A stretch of 53,159 nt of DNA from a virus (IMGVR_UViG_3300024344_000019:1-53159), one strand, 5' to 3'. Positions 8,804 through 19,128 are shown, counted from the first letter of the stretch. The notes: generated by a model from the letters alone, not told the origin. Numbers and translations are program-made.

Positions 8804-9994
8804 TTATGTAGTAGTTACGCCTTTAAGTATATTAGCACTACCAGAAGCAGAACCTGATTTAGCTTCTAATACTAAACCGTCAGCGTCAATAGTAAATTCT
8901 TCTGGTCTAAAGTGACCGCCTGAATTATCTTCGTTTTCGATAAAGCCATCAGCATCCTCTAATAATCCTACTCTACCGTCAACTGTATCAACACCAAAAC
9001 CAGTTCTCATCGCTTGAGTTCCAACAACACTTGTAGCGCCGTCAGCACCCTCAATTGTCATTGAGATACTATTCTGTTCAATACCTTCACCTGCGTCAGC
9101 AGAAAATAATAATTTAATATTATCTGCAACTGTAATTGGTTCTGAAACTGTGAATGAAGTTTGAGAAGCAACCGCTGTGATTGTTAATGTATTGTCTGTA
9201 CTGATTCCTGTATCGCCATCTTCGCCAGCAGTAATTGAAGCAGCAGGTGTTCCACCTTCGCCGTTTACTGTAACTACTTGACCAGTAGCAATTGTTCCTG
9301 ATACACCATCAACTGTAACTGTTGTTGAAGCAGTTGTGATTGCACCATTTACAACACCTGAAGCAGCAGATGAAGCGTCTAATACGATACTGTTATCTGT
9401 TCCTTGAGCAGAAGCTGTTTCTGATAGAATACCAGAAAAAGTTTCACTATCTGCTTGCATAGTTGCAGTACCATTTACATGAATAAAGTTGTCTGCAAAT
9501 CCAAGATAACCATTATCAGTAGTGTTTAATCTACCTCTGAATGTTAGTGTGTTTGTGCCTGAACCAGATTTGTATTGACAATTAACTGTATTGTCTGTTA
9601 CCATATCTGTTGCACCTATTTCATTTAGTGTAATAAATACCTTGTTTGTTATAGTGTTGTTGCTTGTTGCAGCCGCACTAGTAACTGTGATATTCTCGTC
9701 AAATGTTAGTACTAAATCAAAATCAGCCGCGTCTGCGTAAGCACCATCTGTCCAGTCAATAGACAGTAAGTTAGCTGACCTTAGTTGTGTACTCGATAAG
9801 TTTCTAATTGCTACCAAGATTTCAGGATCAGCACTTGTATTATCGTTACCAGTAGCAGCACTTGCTACGCCAGGTTGAAATACCCATCCTTTACTTGTTG
9901 CAGTTACAAACTCTCGGGAATATGACGAGTTAGAATCATTTGGCAAAGACTTTGGTCTTGCCTCAGTATCTACTGTTTTTCCCCATAAAGCCAT
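8804..9994 (-). CDS. Virion structural protein (beta-rich, Ig/fibre-like)
   Basis: MALWGK N-terminus, Thr/Gly/Asp/Ser-rich, AAGGAG RBS, GATAAATA late-like promoter at 10045-10052. Confidence 0.65.
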   Translation of the reverse strand: MALWGKTVDTEARPKSLPNDSNSSYSREFVTATSKGWVFQPGVASAATGNDNTSADPEILVAIRNLSSTQLRSANLLSIDWTDGAYADAADFDLVLTFDENITVTSAAATSNNTITNKVFITLNEIGATDMVTDNTVNCQYKSGSGTNTLTFRGRLNTTDNGYLGFADNFIHVNGTATMQADSETFSGILSETASAQGTDNSIVLDASSAASGVVNGAITTASTTVTVDGVSGTIATGQVVTVNGEGGTPAASITAGEDGDTGISTDNTLTITAVASQTSFTVSEPITVADNIKLLFSADAGEGIEQNSISMTIEGADGATSVVGTQAMRTGFGVDTVDGRVGLLEDADGFIENEDNSGGHFRPEEFTIDADGLVLEAKSGSASGSANILKGVTTT

Positions 9995-10050
9995 TTTAAT
10001 CTCTCCTTATTAATAAGTTGTTTAGTTTGTTAATTAACTATTACTATTTA

Positions 10051-10578
10051 TCAAAAACCAATTCTCTTAAGCTGAGAAATCGTGTTTGATGTACTTGTAT
10101 GTTCAATACCTATACCCCCAGCAGCTCTAAATTGTTGAACATTCTTTGAATAATCATCAATTAAGATTGCAGGTTGTCGTTTAATCGCACTACCTTTCAT
10201 AGCAAAGTTCTTTTTTTCTCTACGCCTTACAATGTTTATCATTGAATTTTGCGTATATCCTACTTCTTTTCGTAACCATCTCATCTTTCCTGGTATACAA
10301 TTAGGATCTTCTATACTATATGCTGATAAAATATGAGGATTGTACTTTCTTAAATATGACCAAAGTTGTTTACCATCTCTAGTCCAAGGCATATTTGCCC
10401 AAAAGTTCTTTGTTTTTCTTATAGATTCCCAATCTTGTCCGTCTCGCAAACCAACCCAATTTTGACCAGTTGCTCTTTTAGCAGCAAGAATGAAATCACA
10501 TAACACTCCATCCATATCAACATAGATACGAGGCATATCGCCTTTCGCTTCTCTGTAAAATTCTTTATAATCTCTCAT
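10051..10578 (-). CDS. HAD-superfamily 5'(3')-nucleotidase-like phosphatase
   Basis: Motif I YVDMDGVLCDF, ILSA, K, motif IV LIDD. Confidence 0.85.
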   Translation of the reverse strand: MRDYKEFYREAKGDMPRIYVDMDGVLCDFILAAKRATGQNWVGLRDGQDWESIRKTKNFWANMPWTRDGKQLWSYLRKYNPHILSAYSIEDPNCIPGKMRWLRKEVGYTQNSMINIVRRREKKNFAMKGSAIKRQPAILIDDYSKNVQQFRAAGGIGIEHTSTSNTISQLKRIGF

Positions 10579-10592
10579 AAGAGATTTTCCCC

Positions 10593-11234
10593 TTAATGTA
10601 GATTGCCGTTAGGTGTATTTTTACCTCCAGAAAATACCCCAATCTCTACATCAGGATTTACTTCTATTTTGGATTTACCTAAACTCATCTTTAGTTTCTT
10701 CTTATCAATTGAACCTTTTTCTTCTGGTTTGTTTTTAGAATTTTTATCTAATATAGCATTTGCAAGACCAGTTCTTAAAGGTACTTCACCAGTTTCTGGA
10801 TTTGGTTCAGGTTTTACAGTTTTATCTTTTTCTATTTTTAGTTCAAGTTCTAGTTTTTGAATTTTATCTTTAAGAGATTGTATTTCACTTTCGCTTTTAC
10901 CAGCATCTTTGTCCATAGCTCTGATTTTAGCAATCTTAACACCTGGGGCATTGTCTTTATCTATTGCTGGTATTTCTTTTTCTTCGTTTGTAGAAGGCAC
11001 TAAAAGATAGTCTCTTAATTTATTCATACTATTAGCTGCAATAGCAATCTTATTCATCCACCAACTAGGTAATGAATCTTCTGGATTCATGCCTTGTAGT
11101 TTAGACAACATCTGAGAAGCATCCTCAATTGCAGTCTTACATTGTCTTACAGCAGACGCCACATCTGTATGGCCATCTTCTTTAACCTGTCTTACTTCTT
11201 CGAGTGCTTCTTTAAATGTTTTATTATATTTCAT
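10593..11234 (-). CDS. Hypothetical protein, probable head-internal protein
   Basis: MKYNKTFKEALEE start; charged modular sequence. Confidence 0.6.
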   Translation of the reverse strand: MKYNKTFKEALEEVRQVKEDGHTDVASAVRQCKTAIEDASQMLSKLQGMNPEDSLPSWWMNKIAIAANSMNKLRDYLLVPSTNEEKEIPAIDKDNAPGVKIAKIRAMDKDAGKSESEIQSLKDKIQKLELELKIEKDKTVKPEPNPETGEVPLRTGLANAILDKNSKNKPEEKGSIDKKKLKMSLGKSKIEVNPDVEIGVFSGGKNTPNGNLH

Positions 11235-11235
11235 A

Positions 11236-13278
11236 TTATTTTTTTTCTACTAGACCTCTTGAAACTAATACTGCTTCTTCTAGTGAACCAGGTTTAGTTT
11301 GTAGATATCTTTTGTTAGTGCTTTCTTTTTTGTACATAGCGTTGATTTTTTTCATTGGTTCTTGCATAACAGGTTTGTCTTTTACTTTAGACATATCATC
11401 GCCACCACCATCTTTAACAGCAGCCCTTACATCTGATTTCATATAACCTGCAGCCATATCTTGTTTAGGGTCTTGCATAGTCATAGCATTCATTTTTTTA
11501 GGGTCTGTTACAGCATTCATCTTCATAGATGACATTGGTTGCATATCGTCATCACCAGTTTTCATTTCTTTTTTTGATTTCATATACATCGCTCTGATAG
11601 GCATTTTCATAGCATTCATCTTCATCATCTCTTGTGGGTTCATCATTTCTTCTACTTCTTCTTTTTTCTTTTTACCTTTTTCTTTGTAACCACTAGCAAA
11701 TGCAGCTTTTCTTTGAGCGTCTGAAGCAAAACCTTCTTTCATCGCCATTTCCATCTTTTTCATCATTTCTTTCTTCATCATCTCAGGCATTTTATCCATT
11801 TCTTTCATCATCTCTTTTTTCATCATTTCCATTTTCTCAGGATCTGTTTCTGCCTTCATCATCTCCATCTTTTTCATCATTTCTTTTTTCATCATTTCGT
11901 ATTGAGCGTTCATAGAACCATATTCTTTTAAATCTGTTTCATCTGCGATATCTTTTTCTAAAGTTTTTGCTTGTTTATCATGTGTCTTAACAGACTTTTT
12001 AAGTTGTTTGATAACAGGTTCAATAGTTTTTTTATCTTTATCGTCTAGTTCTTCTTTTTTATCTTCTTTATCTTTAATTGCTTTTTGCAATCCAGCAGGT
12101 AATTTCTTTTGTGCTGGTGTTAGTTCTTCATTCTTTGCAGTATGCATTCCATCTACATGCTTAAAGAATTTCTTTTTGTCAGCGTCCGTTTTCAGGTCAT
12201 CTAAGGAGTTAATCCCAAAGTCCTTCATGGCCGCTTTGAACTTGTCTTTATAAGTTGCCTCGTTCATGTTGTCTCCCTTTTGTTTTGATTCAGGTACAAA
12301 TTCTTCTTCTTCTATACCTAGTTGTTTTTTGACCATATTAGTTGCTGTTGCATACCTAACACTATCACCGTCTTTACCATATCTTTTAATAAAATCTTTT
12401 TTAGGCATATCGTCTGCCTTTTTGTGAACCATTTTAACTTGCGTTTTAGTCAAGTCTGCTTCTGGCACAAACTCATCTCGTATACCTAGTCTTTGTTTTT
12501 CTTTATCAATTTCTTTTTGAGTAAGCATTTCGCCTTGTTTGTCGTTTGCCTGTTTCATTCTACCTAGTTGAATTAACAAGTCTGAATATTTTGTAAATTT
12601 ACCCTCTTGCATATCTTCTCCTTGTGGGCATTCACAACCCTCTCCCTCACATCTAGGACAAGATGGATCAACACTCTCTTTTTGTTCGAATGTAGAACCA
12701 GCAAATTTTGATATATGATTTATTTTTGCGTTCTCTATTGCAGCTCTTGTAGGTGCATCCATATTAGCAATCATTTGTTTGACAGCTGGTGTTAAAGCAG
12801 AAGCAGGTTTATTCTTCCAGTCTTGTTTCATTCTCTCTAGTTGAGCGTCTGTAAAAGACCCTCTTAAATCGTTTATTTCGTTTATTAAATCTCCAAACAT
12901 TTCTTTAACTACACTTTCTGGTACACAATTAGGTACCATTCTATCGCCTTTCTTTTTAAGTCCGACTTGTTTATAACCAGTCCAACACGCCTCTTGTTGC
13001 AACTCATCTGCTTCAGCCATATCTAATGGCTTTTTAAAATCTGAATATTTTTTACCATGTTTCATAACTAGTTTAGACATAGACGCCGTTGATAAGAAAG
13101 GTATATCTGCATTTGCTAACTTCATAAGCATATCAGGCGAATACTTATTTAACATAGCATCCATTTTCTTAATATTATCCATAGATACTCTTTTACCTTT
13201 TAACGGTTCGTATTCTTTTTTAAGTTTTGTTAATTGTTGAACAGTAAACTCTTTTAATTCTTTAAATGATAGTGCCAT
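11236..13278 (-). CDS. Large modular Met/Lys/Glu-rich protein, probable head-internal/core protein
   Basis: MALSFKELKE start, ACWTGYKQVG...VPNCVPE module, CPRCEGEGCECP, EMMKK repeats. Confidence 0.65.
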   Translation of the reverse strand: MALSFKELKEFTVQQLTKLKKEYEPLKGKRVSMDNIKKMDAMLNKYSPDMLMKLANADIPFLSTASMSKLVMKHGKKYSDFKKPLDMAEADELQQEACWTGYKQVGLKKKGDRMVPNCVPESVVKEMFGDLINEINDLRGSFTDAQLERMKQDWKNKPASALTPAVKQMIANMDAPTRAAIENAKINHISKFAGSTFEQKESVDPSCPRCEGEGCECPQGEDMQEGKFTKYSDLLIQLGRMKQANDKQGEMLTQKEIDKEKQRLGIRDEFVPEADLTKTQVKMVHKKADDMPKKDFIKRYGKDGDSVRYATATNMVKKQLGIEEEEFVPESKQKGDNMNEATYKDKFKAAMKDFGINSLDDLKTDADKKKFFKHVDGMHTAKNEELTPAQKKLPAGLQKAIKDKEDKKEELDDKDKKTIEPVIKQLKKSVKTHDKQAKTLEKDIADETDLKEYGSMNAQYEMMKKEMMKKMEMMKAETDPEKMEMMKKEMMKEMDKMPEMMKKEMMKKMEMAMKEGFASDAQRKAAFASGYKEKGKKKKEEVEEMMNPQEMMKMNAMKMPIRAMYMKSKKEMKTGDDDMQPMSSMKMNAVTDPKKMNAMTMQDPKQDMAAGYMKSDVRAAVKDGGGDDMSKVKDKPVMQEPMKKINAMYKKESTNKRYLQTKPGSLEEAVLVSRGLVEKK
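11745..11900 (-). repeat. Low-complexity coding repeat (EMMKKEMMKKMEM)
   Basis: Repeated ttcatcat/ttccat units on + strand; EMMKKEMMKKMEM occurs twice. Confidence 0.8.
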
Positions 13279-14198
13279 TATTTTAACCTCGGATAATACT
13301 TTCTAACTAAAGCATTTCTTTTTGAATAATCAGGATCAGTTATGTGACCTCTTTGTTTATGTCTTTTATCAATATCTTCCATATCTTTAATTTCTTGTGA
13401 TGTACCAAACTCTTTTGCTAACATAATAGCATTTAAAGAATGGTCGTTCTCATCTTCGTTTCTATCAAATTCTTTTTTAGTAAATCTTTCTTCTAAGTTT
13501 TCAGCAACAACTTTTGCACCATAGAAGTTTTGTAAGTCTGTACCGATAGCATTAAGTTCTGCACCTTTGCCATCAACTTTCATTACTAAACCTTTTGCGT
13601 CTATTGTAAAACCATATTTTGCTAAATCAGTAGAAGCCTTTGACATTGTAGCCATGTCTCTAAAAGTAACAGTCATTTTTTTGTACTCTTTGATTGTTTC
13701 TTCTTTTAGACCTTTTGGTTTCATAAGAGACATATAACCTGTTTGATTGCCATACATTTTTTTAAATGTAGCAGGTTCTTTTTTACTGATTACACTCATT
13801 ACATATTCTCTAGGTTCTGTATCAGCGTTGTAAATATGATTACCTAATGCTACATAATCTTTTTTTTTCAATAAATCTGCTGACTTTTTATACATTTGAT
13901 AGTCCATACTATCTCGTCTAGTATTTGTTCTATCAATTTCTCTAGCAGCAACACTTTCTTCTAATTCTTCGTTTGCTCTTTTTAATGCGTTTGCAACATC
14001 TGGATGACTTGCCAAACCTTTTGCAATCTTCTCAATAGCAGCATAAGCACCTGAATAGTTTCCTTGTTTATATCTAGGATCGTTTAGAACACCATATGCC
14101 ATTTTGATTTGTTGACTTGAAAAGCCTTTATCTTCATTGACAGGATCTCTATATGACCTTGCTTCTTCTAAAGCTTCTCTCATTGTTTTTCTGTACAT
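13278..14198 (-). CDS. Modular hypothetical protein, probable head-internal protein
   Basis: MYRKTMREALEEA start; coupled to both neighbours by TAATG overlaps. Confidence 0.6.
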   Translation of the reverse strand: MYRKTMREALEEARSYRDPVNEDKGFSSQQIKMAYGVLNDPRYKQGNYSGAYAAIEKIAKGLASHPDVANALKRANEELEESVAAREIDRTNTRRDSMDYQMYKKSADLLKKKDYVALGNHIYNADTEPREYVMSVISKKEPATFKKMYGNQTGYMSLMKPKGLKEETIKEYKKMTVTFRDMATMSKASTDLAKYGFTIDAKGLVMKVDGKGAELNAIGTDLQNFYGAKVVAENLEERFTKKEFDRNEDENDHSLNAIMLAKEFGTSQEIKDMEDIDKRHKQRGHITDPDYSKRNALVRKYYPRLK

Positions 14199-16477
14199 TA
14201 TAGTTGTTCCTTCATTTTTTCAACTGCTTTGTCGAGTTCGACTTTCCAGTTTTCTTTAAATCTTTTCTTATATTTATCTATTGTTCCACCTTCATTCTTG
14301 AATTTTTGCAAGTCCTTGTCAGTTATTTTGTCTGTTGACCTTCTAAAATTCTGTATTGGTTGACCTGGTGTCATTTTCATTGTATGCTGAGCATACTCAT
14401 CTGTACCTATTTCGTAAGATTCGTCTGCTCTCATCTCTTGTTCTAGTCTATCTAATAGATTAATACTTCTTCTACCTTCTATTTTATCTTGATAATCTTC
14501 TTTTTTCATTTGTTTTGTCTTTTCTTTCATCTGGTTTATATACTTACGATATATTGCTGCCTCAGCAGTCTTACCCATTTCTCTTGCTCTCTGTTCCATT
14601 GCAACAGCAGCCTGAATTTTATGTGCGTGAGTTTTGCCAGAATTTTTAATTTTGTTTATACTTGCCTTTGCAGTTGCTACATCTTTAAATCCAAGACCTT
14701 GAATTGTGCCTTTTGGATTTTCATCTGTATATAAATCAGAATGTTTATCTGAACCTGCAGGTTGACCTTTTTTTCTAGGTATTCTTGGTTCTTCTTCTAA
14801 TGATTGTATATCATATAACCATGCCTTCTTAATAAGACCGTCACTCTCATATGAAACATAATTTGAGCCTCGTCTTACAATCATACCCATTGAACCGTCC
14901 ATGTGTTCAATTATATCACCAATATTAAATATTCTTTCTTGATGATATTCTTCTCTTAAATCGTTGTTTAAAAAGTTTGTAAAACTTTCTATACTTTCTC
15001 TTATACCCATGCCTTTTTTAACAGCATTAAATAATTCTTTTGTGTCTGAATCTGAAAGACCAGTTACACCTGTTTTAAAGTTTCTGTAATCATTGTTCTT
15101 TGCCATCTCTCTCATCTTTGAAGCTGACATTCCTGAAACACCTTCAGCATCTGGATCTCTTTCGCCAGAAGAAACTACTGTAACTTTTTTGTATTCATAA
15201 TCTTTGCCATTGTACTTATCAGCAAGAGATTGAAATTCTCGTATTCTATCACTACCTGCAACCATGATTACTTCACCATACATCTTATTATAGAACTTTA
15301 ATATCTCCATAAATGTTCTTTGATTACCACCTGCCGCCTGTATCTTATTTTGTGGGAACATCTTTTTCATAAACTTAACTTTTGTGTTTACATCTAATGG
15401 ATTTTTTCTTCTATCGGTTGAGGCGCTAGCATAAACAATGTGGTTAGCATTATTTTTTCTAGCTTGTGTAATCACTTCCTTCATAAGTTTAGCATGGCCT
15501 GTGGTAGGAGGGTTGAACCTACCAAAAGCAAAAATCAATTTGTTTGCCTTATCTAACGCCTCTCCGATTGCCCTCGTTTTACTTTGGGCAGATTCTACAT
15601 ATTTTAAAGAGTCTATCTCATCATCTGTAACCTTACCATCATCTAAAATCTTCTTACACTTTTTCAAAAAAGTTAAGTAGTGATATTTCTCTAACATTTT
15701 ATAAATTACATTTTTAGGTAATCTGTTTTTAATACTATAAGTTTTAATTTCATCTGGTGTCATATCTTTATCAAACGCAGCTCTTCTTTCAGCGTCAACT
15801 TCAGTACCGATGTCTGTTAAATCTTGTATATCTTTTTCTATTTCACCTAGTTTGTTACTAATTCTTTTTTCTAAATCTTTAATCTCACCAGGTTTTAATT
15901 CTGTTAATTCGTCATAGTCTATAATATCTCTTTTTAATTCACCTTTCAACATATCTATTTTGTCAACTTGTTTTTGAAAGTCTTTTAGATACAAGTTAGG
16001 ATTAAAATCAAATTCTTCTGGTCGTTTTTCAAATGATTGACCTTTAATATCAAATACAGCGTCTGCCTTTTTGTTTTGGTCATCATAAGTTTTTTTATCT
16101 GTAATAAAATAATAGTTAATAGGATGTTTTGTTCCTGGTATTAATTTACCTTGTATATTATCTGGATTACTAGACGCTAAATATTTCTTAGATAGTCTTA
16201 ATCTTTCTTCTTCTTGTTTTTCTTCTGGTACATCAAATAAAACATTGATATCTAAATCAGCGTCATTACGATATCTTTTTGTAAGTATAGAACCTATCAA
16301 ACTATAATCTAATATAGGATATTCTGATTCAAATTCTTTAAATTGTTCCGTGATTAATCTTAATACACTATCTTTAATTTTAGGATTATCTGTATCTTCA
16401 TCATCAAAAACACTAGGAGCATATGTGCGTCTAGGTATATCAATGATTGATTCTTTAAATAGTTTAAAACTTTTCAT
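14198..16477 (-). CDS. Fusion of Pol-beta-like nucleotidyltransferase and HIGH-type cytidylyltransferase-like domain with C-terminal modules
   Basis: GSILTKRYRNDADLDINV (GS...DxD); FGRFNPPTTGH, VAGSDR, GMSASKMR. Confidence 0.8.
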   Translation of the reverse strand: MKSFKLFKESIIDIPRRTYAPSVFDDEDTDNPKIKDSVLRLITEQFKEFESEYPILDYSLIGSILTKRYRNDADLDINVLFDVPEEKQEEERLRLSKKYLASSNPDNIQGKLIPGTKHPINYYFITDKKTYDDQNKKADAVFDIKGQSFEKRPEEFDFNPNLYLKDFQKQVDKIDMLKGELKRDIIDYDELTELKPGEIKDLEKRISNKLGEIEKDIQDLTDIGTEVDAERRAAFDKDMTPDEIKTYSIKNRLPKNVIYKMLEKYHYLTFLKKCKKILDDGKVTDDEIDSLKYVESAQSKTRAIGEALDKANKLIFAFGRFNPPTTGHAKLMKEVITQARKNNANHIVYASASTDRRKNPLDVNTKVKFMKKMFPQNKIQAAGGNQRTFMEILKFYNKMYGEVIMVAGSDRIREFQSLADKYNGKDYEYKKVTVVSSGERDPDAEGVSGMSASKMREMAKNNDYRNFKTGVTGLSDSDTKELFNAVKKGMGIRESIESFTNFLNNDLREEYHQERIFNIGDIIEHMDGSMGMIVRRGSNYVSYESDGLIKKAWLYDIQSLEEEPRIPRKKGQPAGSDKHSDLYTDENPKGTIQGLGFKDVATAKASINKIKNSGKTHAHKIQAAVAMEQRAREMGKTAEAAIYRKYINQMKEKTKQMKKEDYQDKIEGRRSINLLDRLEQEMRADESYEIGTDEYAQHTMKMTPGQPIQNFRRSTDKITDKDLQKFKNEGGTIDKYKKRFKENWKVELDKAVEKMKEQL

Positions 16478-16734
16478 TCTCCCCCATTTCCATTACCATT
16501 AGTACCGTTACCATTTGAACCATTACCATTAGTACCATTGCCGTTTGTATTATTGTTTGTGTTATCATCTGATTGTTGATTGTCTTGTCCATTACCATTT
16601 CGACCACCAAAATAAGGATAATATCTAGTTACTCCAGTAGGCACACACACTTGTAATTTTTTATCAAACCTATATCCTTCAGGACATTTCTTTGTTTGTT
16701 GTGCAGCCGTAATAAAACTTCTAAATGAATCCAT
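16474..16734 (-). CDS. Small protein with CPxGY..CVP motif and Asn-Gly repeat tail
   Basis: Start revised to MDSFRSFITAA (TAATG overlap); NGNGTNGNGSNGNGTNGNG tail. Confidence 0.6.
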   Translation of the reverse strand: MDSFRSFITAAQQTKKCPEGYRFDKKLQVCVPTGVTRYYPYFGGRNGNGQDNQQSDDNTNNNTNGNGTNGNGSNGNGTNGNGNGGE

Positions 16735-17972
16735 TATCCTTTTACCCAATCTTTTGCCATATTAAAGTTTGCTTTACTAAACTCTAATCTGTCAACTAGT
16801 TTAACAGCACCGCCTTTTTGAATTGCTACATATCCTTCAGGATTTGTAACTTTGTATCCATTACTTGTTCTCAAAAATGAACCGATACTTTGTATAGTAT
16901 TTAATCTTCTTAACAATACAGCTTTTGCTGATTGAAATGTAATATAAGTTGCAATCGCAAAATATAAACCGTCTCTATTTGCTCTTAATATTTTCATACC
17001 TGCTTCAAGTATTTCTTCATACTTTTGTTTTGCAGCTGGTGTTTTTTTACTATCTATTTCTTTTTTAATTCTGCCTCTAAAATAAACTTCAAAATTATTT
17101 GCTAACTTTGATGTATTTGTAATTGCTGTGCCTTGTCTTATATAAACATTAAAAAATGTTTTCATTTGAACACCTAGTGATAAAGGTCCTGTATCTTTTT
17201 TTAGTTTATCAACAAACGCACCTGCCTTATAAGCAGAACCCTCTGCCATTCTAATAATATTATCAAATGCTTTTTCTTCAGCAGGACTAAAAGCTGCACC
17301 ATCAGCTCTTTTATAAGTTGCGTCATCAAAGAATACATTTTTACTTTTTTTCAAACCTCTAACATTAGCACCAAATCCTGCCTTTAGTGTTGCCATTGTT
17401 TTGCCTGAATAAGATGTATGAAATATAATACCTATTTTTGCACTATTAACTTCTTTATATATGTTTCTACCAAGACCTAGAAAACCTGAACTTACGACAG
17501 GTACTGCATATGTAATAGTGTTAGGGGTAAATATGATTGATTTCTTACCTGCAACATTAGCAGTCTTTTTATCGCCACTTGCAAAGAGTAAATCGCCTTG
17601 TAAAATTCCTGAGATGCCTAGAGATGGTAAATATTTTAAACACTCTTTTAATTTATCAGCAAGAGCACCACCATGATTTCTACTGATATCAGCATTTGTA
17701 TAGTTTATTTTAGGTGTTTTATTAAAGATAGATTTAGTACCGACAAAGAACTTTCCGTTCTCAGGATTGATACCACAAAAGACCGCAGGTGCACCGTCCC
17801 ATTTTACTGAAACTGTGGATCCACCTGACCCTCCTTGTAACATCTGTTTGATAGACTTTAAAAACTCTATTGCTGTTTTAGCTCCACGACTTCCATTATT
17901 AATTATTTCGTCTTCCAGATGTTCAAGATGTGTGTTCTTATCTTCGATAAGATAATCTTGAAATTTCTGCAT
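16734..17972 (-). CDS. DUF6267-like conserved myophage protein with ATP-dependent ligase-like motifs
   Basis: KNTHLEHLED, VKWDGAP, LQGDLLF, PEGYVA, VKLVDR. Confidence 0.7.
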   Translation of the reverse strand: MQKFQDYLIEDKNTHLEHLEDEIINNGSRGAKTAIEFLKSIKQMLQGGSGGSTVSVKWDGAPAVFCGINPENGKFFVGTKSIFNKTPKINYTNADISRNHGGALADKLKECLKYLPSLGISGILQGDLLFASGDKKTANVAGKKSIIFTPNTITYAVPVVSSGFLGLGRNIYKEVNSAKIGIIFHTSYSGKTMATLKAGFGANVRGLKKSKNVFFDDATYKRADGAAFSPAEEKAFDNIIRMAEGSAYKAGAFVDKLKKDTGPLSLGVQMKTFFNVYIRQGTAITNTSKLANNFEVYFRGRIKKEIDSKKTPAAKQKYEEILEAGMKILRANRDGLYFAIATYITFQSAKAVLLRRLNTIQSIGSFLRTSNGYKVTNPEGYVAIQKGGAVKLVDRLEFSKANFNMAKDWVKG

Positions 17973-17994
17973 TTAGCACTCTCTCCATTTATAT

Positions 17995-18023
17995 ATTATA
18001 ACACTATTATTTATAATAGTCAA
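17995..18023 (-). promoter_or_regulatory. Composite promoter: sigma70 with late promoter inside the spacer
   Basis: TTGACT(18023-18018)-17-TATAAT(18000-17995); TATAAATA at 18015-18008. Confidence 0.7.
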
Positions 18024-18034
18024 GCATTATCACT

Positions 18035-19123
18035 CTATAAGTAGTTAAAATCCCCCATGATCCTAGTCGGATATCCGTCACCACCTTGTGTGTCTCTTAT
18101 ATTTACTTTCATTTTATACTTTGGTGTCTTAATTACCATATCAATTCTCTTACCTTGACCGCCTAATCCACCATAAAAAACTTGACAAGATAAAGGTTTA
18201 GTCGCACTCAACATATATGCCCTATCTACTTTGAAAGATTTGATACCAGAAGGCAATTTATGAATGACATGAAAACCATAGCCTAAACCTGATTGTAAAA
18301 ATTCTTCTAGATATTTTTTATTTACTTTACCAAATGTATTACTACTATATCCTTTTGCTAATTTACCATTAAATATTTGACAAAATGTTTTATTGTCAAT
18401 ACCAAACATCTTCAATAGTTTTAGACCATCTGGATTCTTAACCATACCACTCTGTATTTCATCTTTAGTTAATATCTTTTTAATACCAATATTAAAGAAA
18501 GTTGTAGTACCACCTAGTTTTAAACTTAAATAAGATACAACTTCATTTCTTGCATAACGCTCTACATTTTTATTTTTATGTATAGTTAAATCTGTTACTA
18601 CTGGACCAATATCTAAACTACCTGTTGGTGATGTTATGAAAGGTCCTGGTTTAAATGCTAAAGGTCTCTTTGTGTTTAAAGCACCTTCTTCTTTTACATT
18701 TAATGTTTTTAATTTTTTGAATTTATATGTTTTTGCTAAATCTTCTATAGCCTTTAACATAGCAGGATCTTCTACTTTATCACCACCCCAATAATTGTTT
18801 ATCTCTCTTGCAAAATTATTTTCAAAAAGATTACCTCTATTCGCAACACCTCTGTTACCAGCAGAACCAGCACCAAACTTAATTTTAACTTTATCTAATT
18901 TTGCTTCTTTTTGAATTGTTTTTAAATCAGCAGTACCTTGCAAATCTCTTGTTACATTTACTATACTTAATTTACCAGGATCAATATTGATTGGTATTTT
19001 TACTGTTTTATATTTTCTTTTGAGAAAAGAAAAAAGCTCAACTATCTCACCACCTTTTACAGCGTCTGATTTAACAACTTTTAATATGTCAGCTGTTTTT
19101 TCTGGGAATACAGTATATGCCAT
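18035..19123 (-). CDS. Hypothetical protein, possible PD-(D/E)XK-fold nuclease
   Basis: GNLFE ... VTDLTI ... YLSLK arrangement; basic protein. Confidence 0.5.
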   Translation of the reverse strand: MAYTVFPEKTADILKVVKSDAVKGGEIVELFSFLKRKYKTVKIPINIDPGKLSIVNVTRDLQGTADLKTIQKEAKLDKVKIKFGAGSAGNRGVANRGNLFENNFAREINNYWGGDKVEDPAMLKAIEDLAKTYKFKKLKTLNVKEEGALNTKRPLAFKPGPFITSPTGSLDIGPVVTDLTIHKNKNVERYARNEVVSYLSLKLGGTTTFFNIGIKKILTKDEIQSGMVKNPDGLKLLKMFGIDNKTFCQIFNGKLAKGYSSNTFGKVNKKYLEEFLQSGLGYGFHVIHKLPSGIKSFKVDRAYMLSATKPLSCQVFYGGLGGQGKRIDMVIKTPKYKMKVNIRDTQGGDGYPTRIMGDFNYL

Positions 19124-19128
19124 ACTGC

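Noticed and set aside
11745-11900. Tandem ttcatcat repeats as a CRISPR or VNTR element
   Set aside because: No constant repeat-spacer structure; explained by Met/Lys/Glu codons. No CRISPR array was seen in the window
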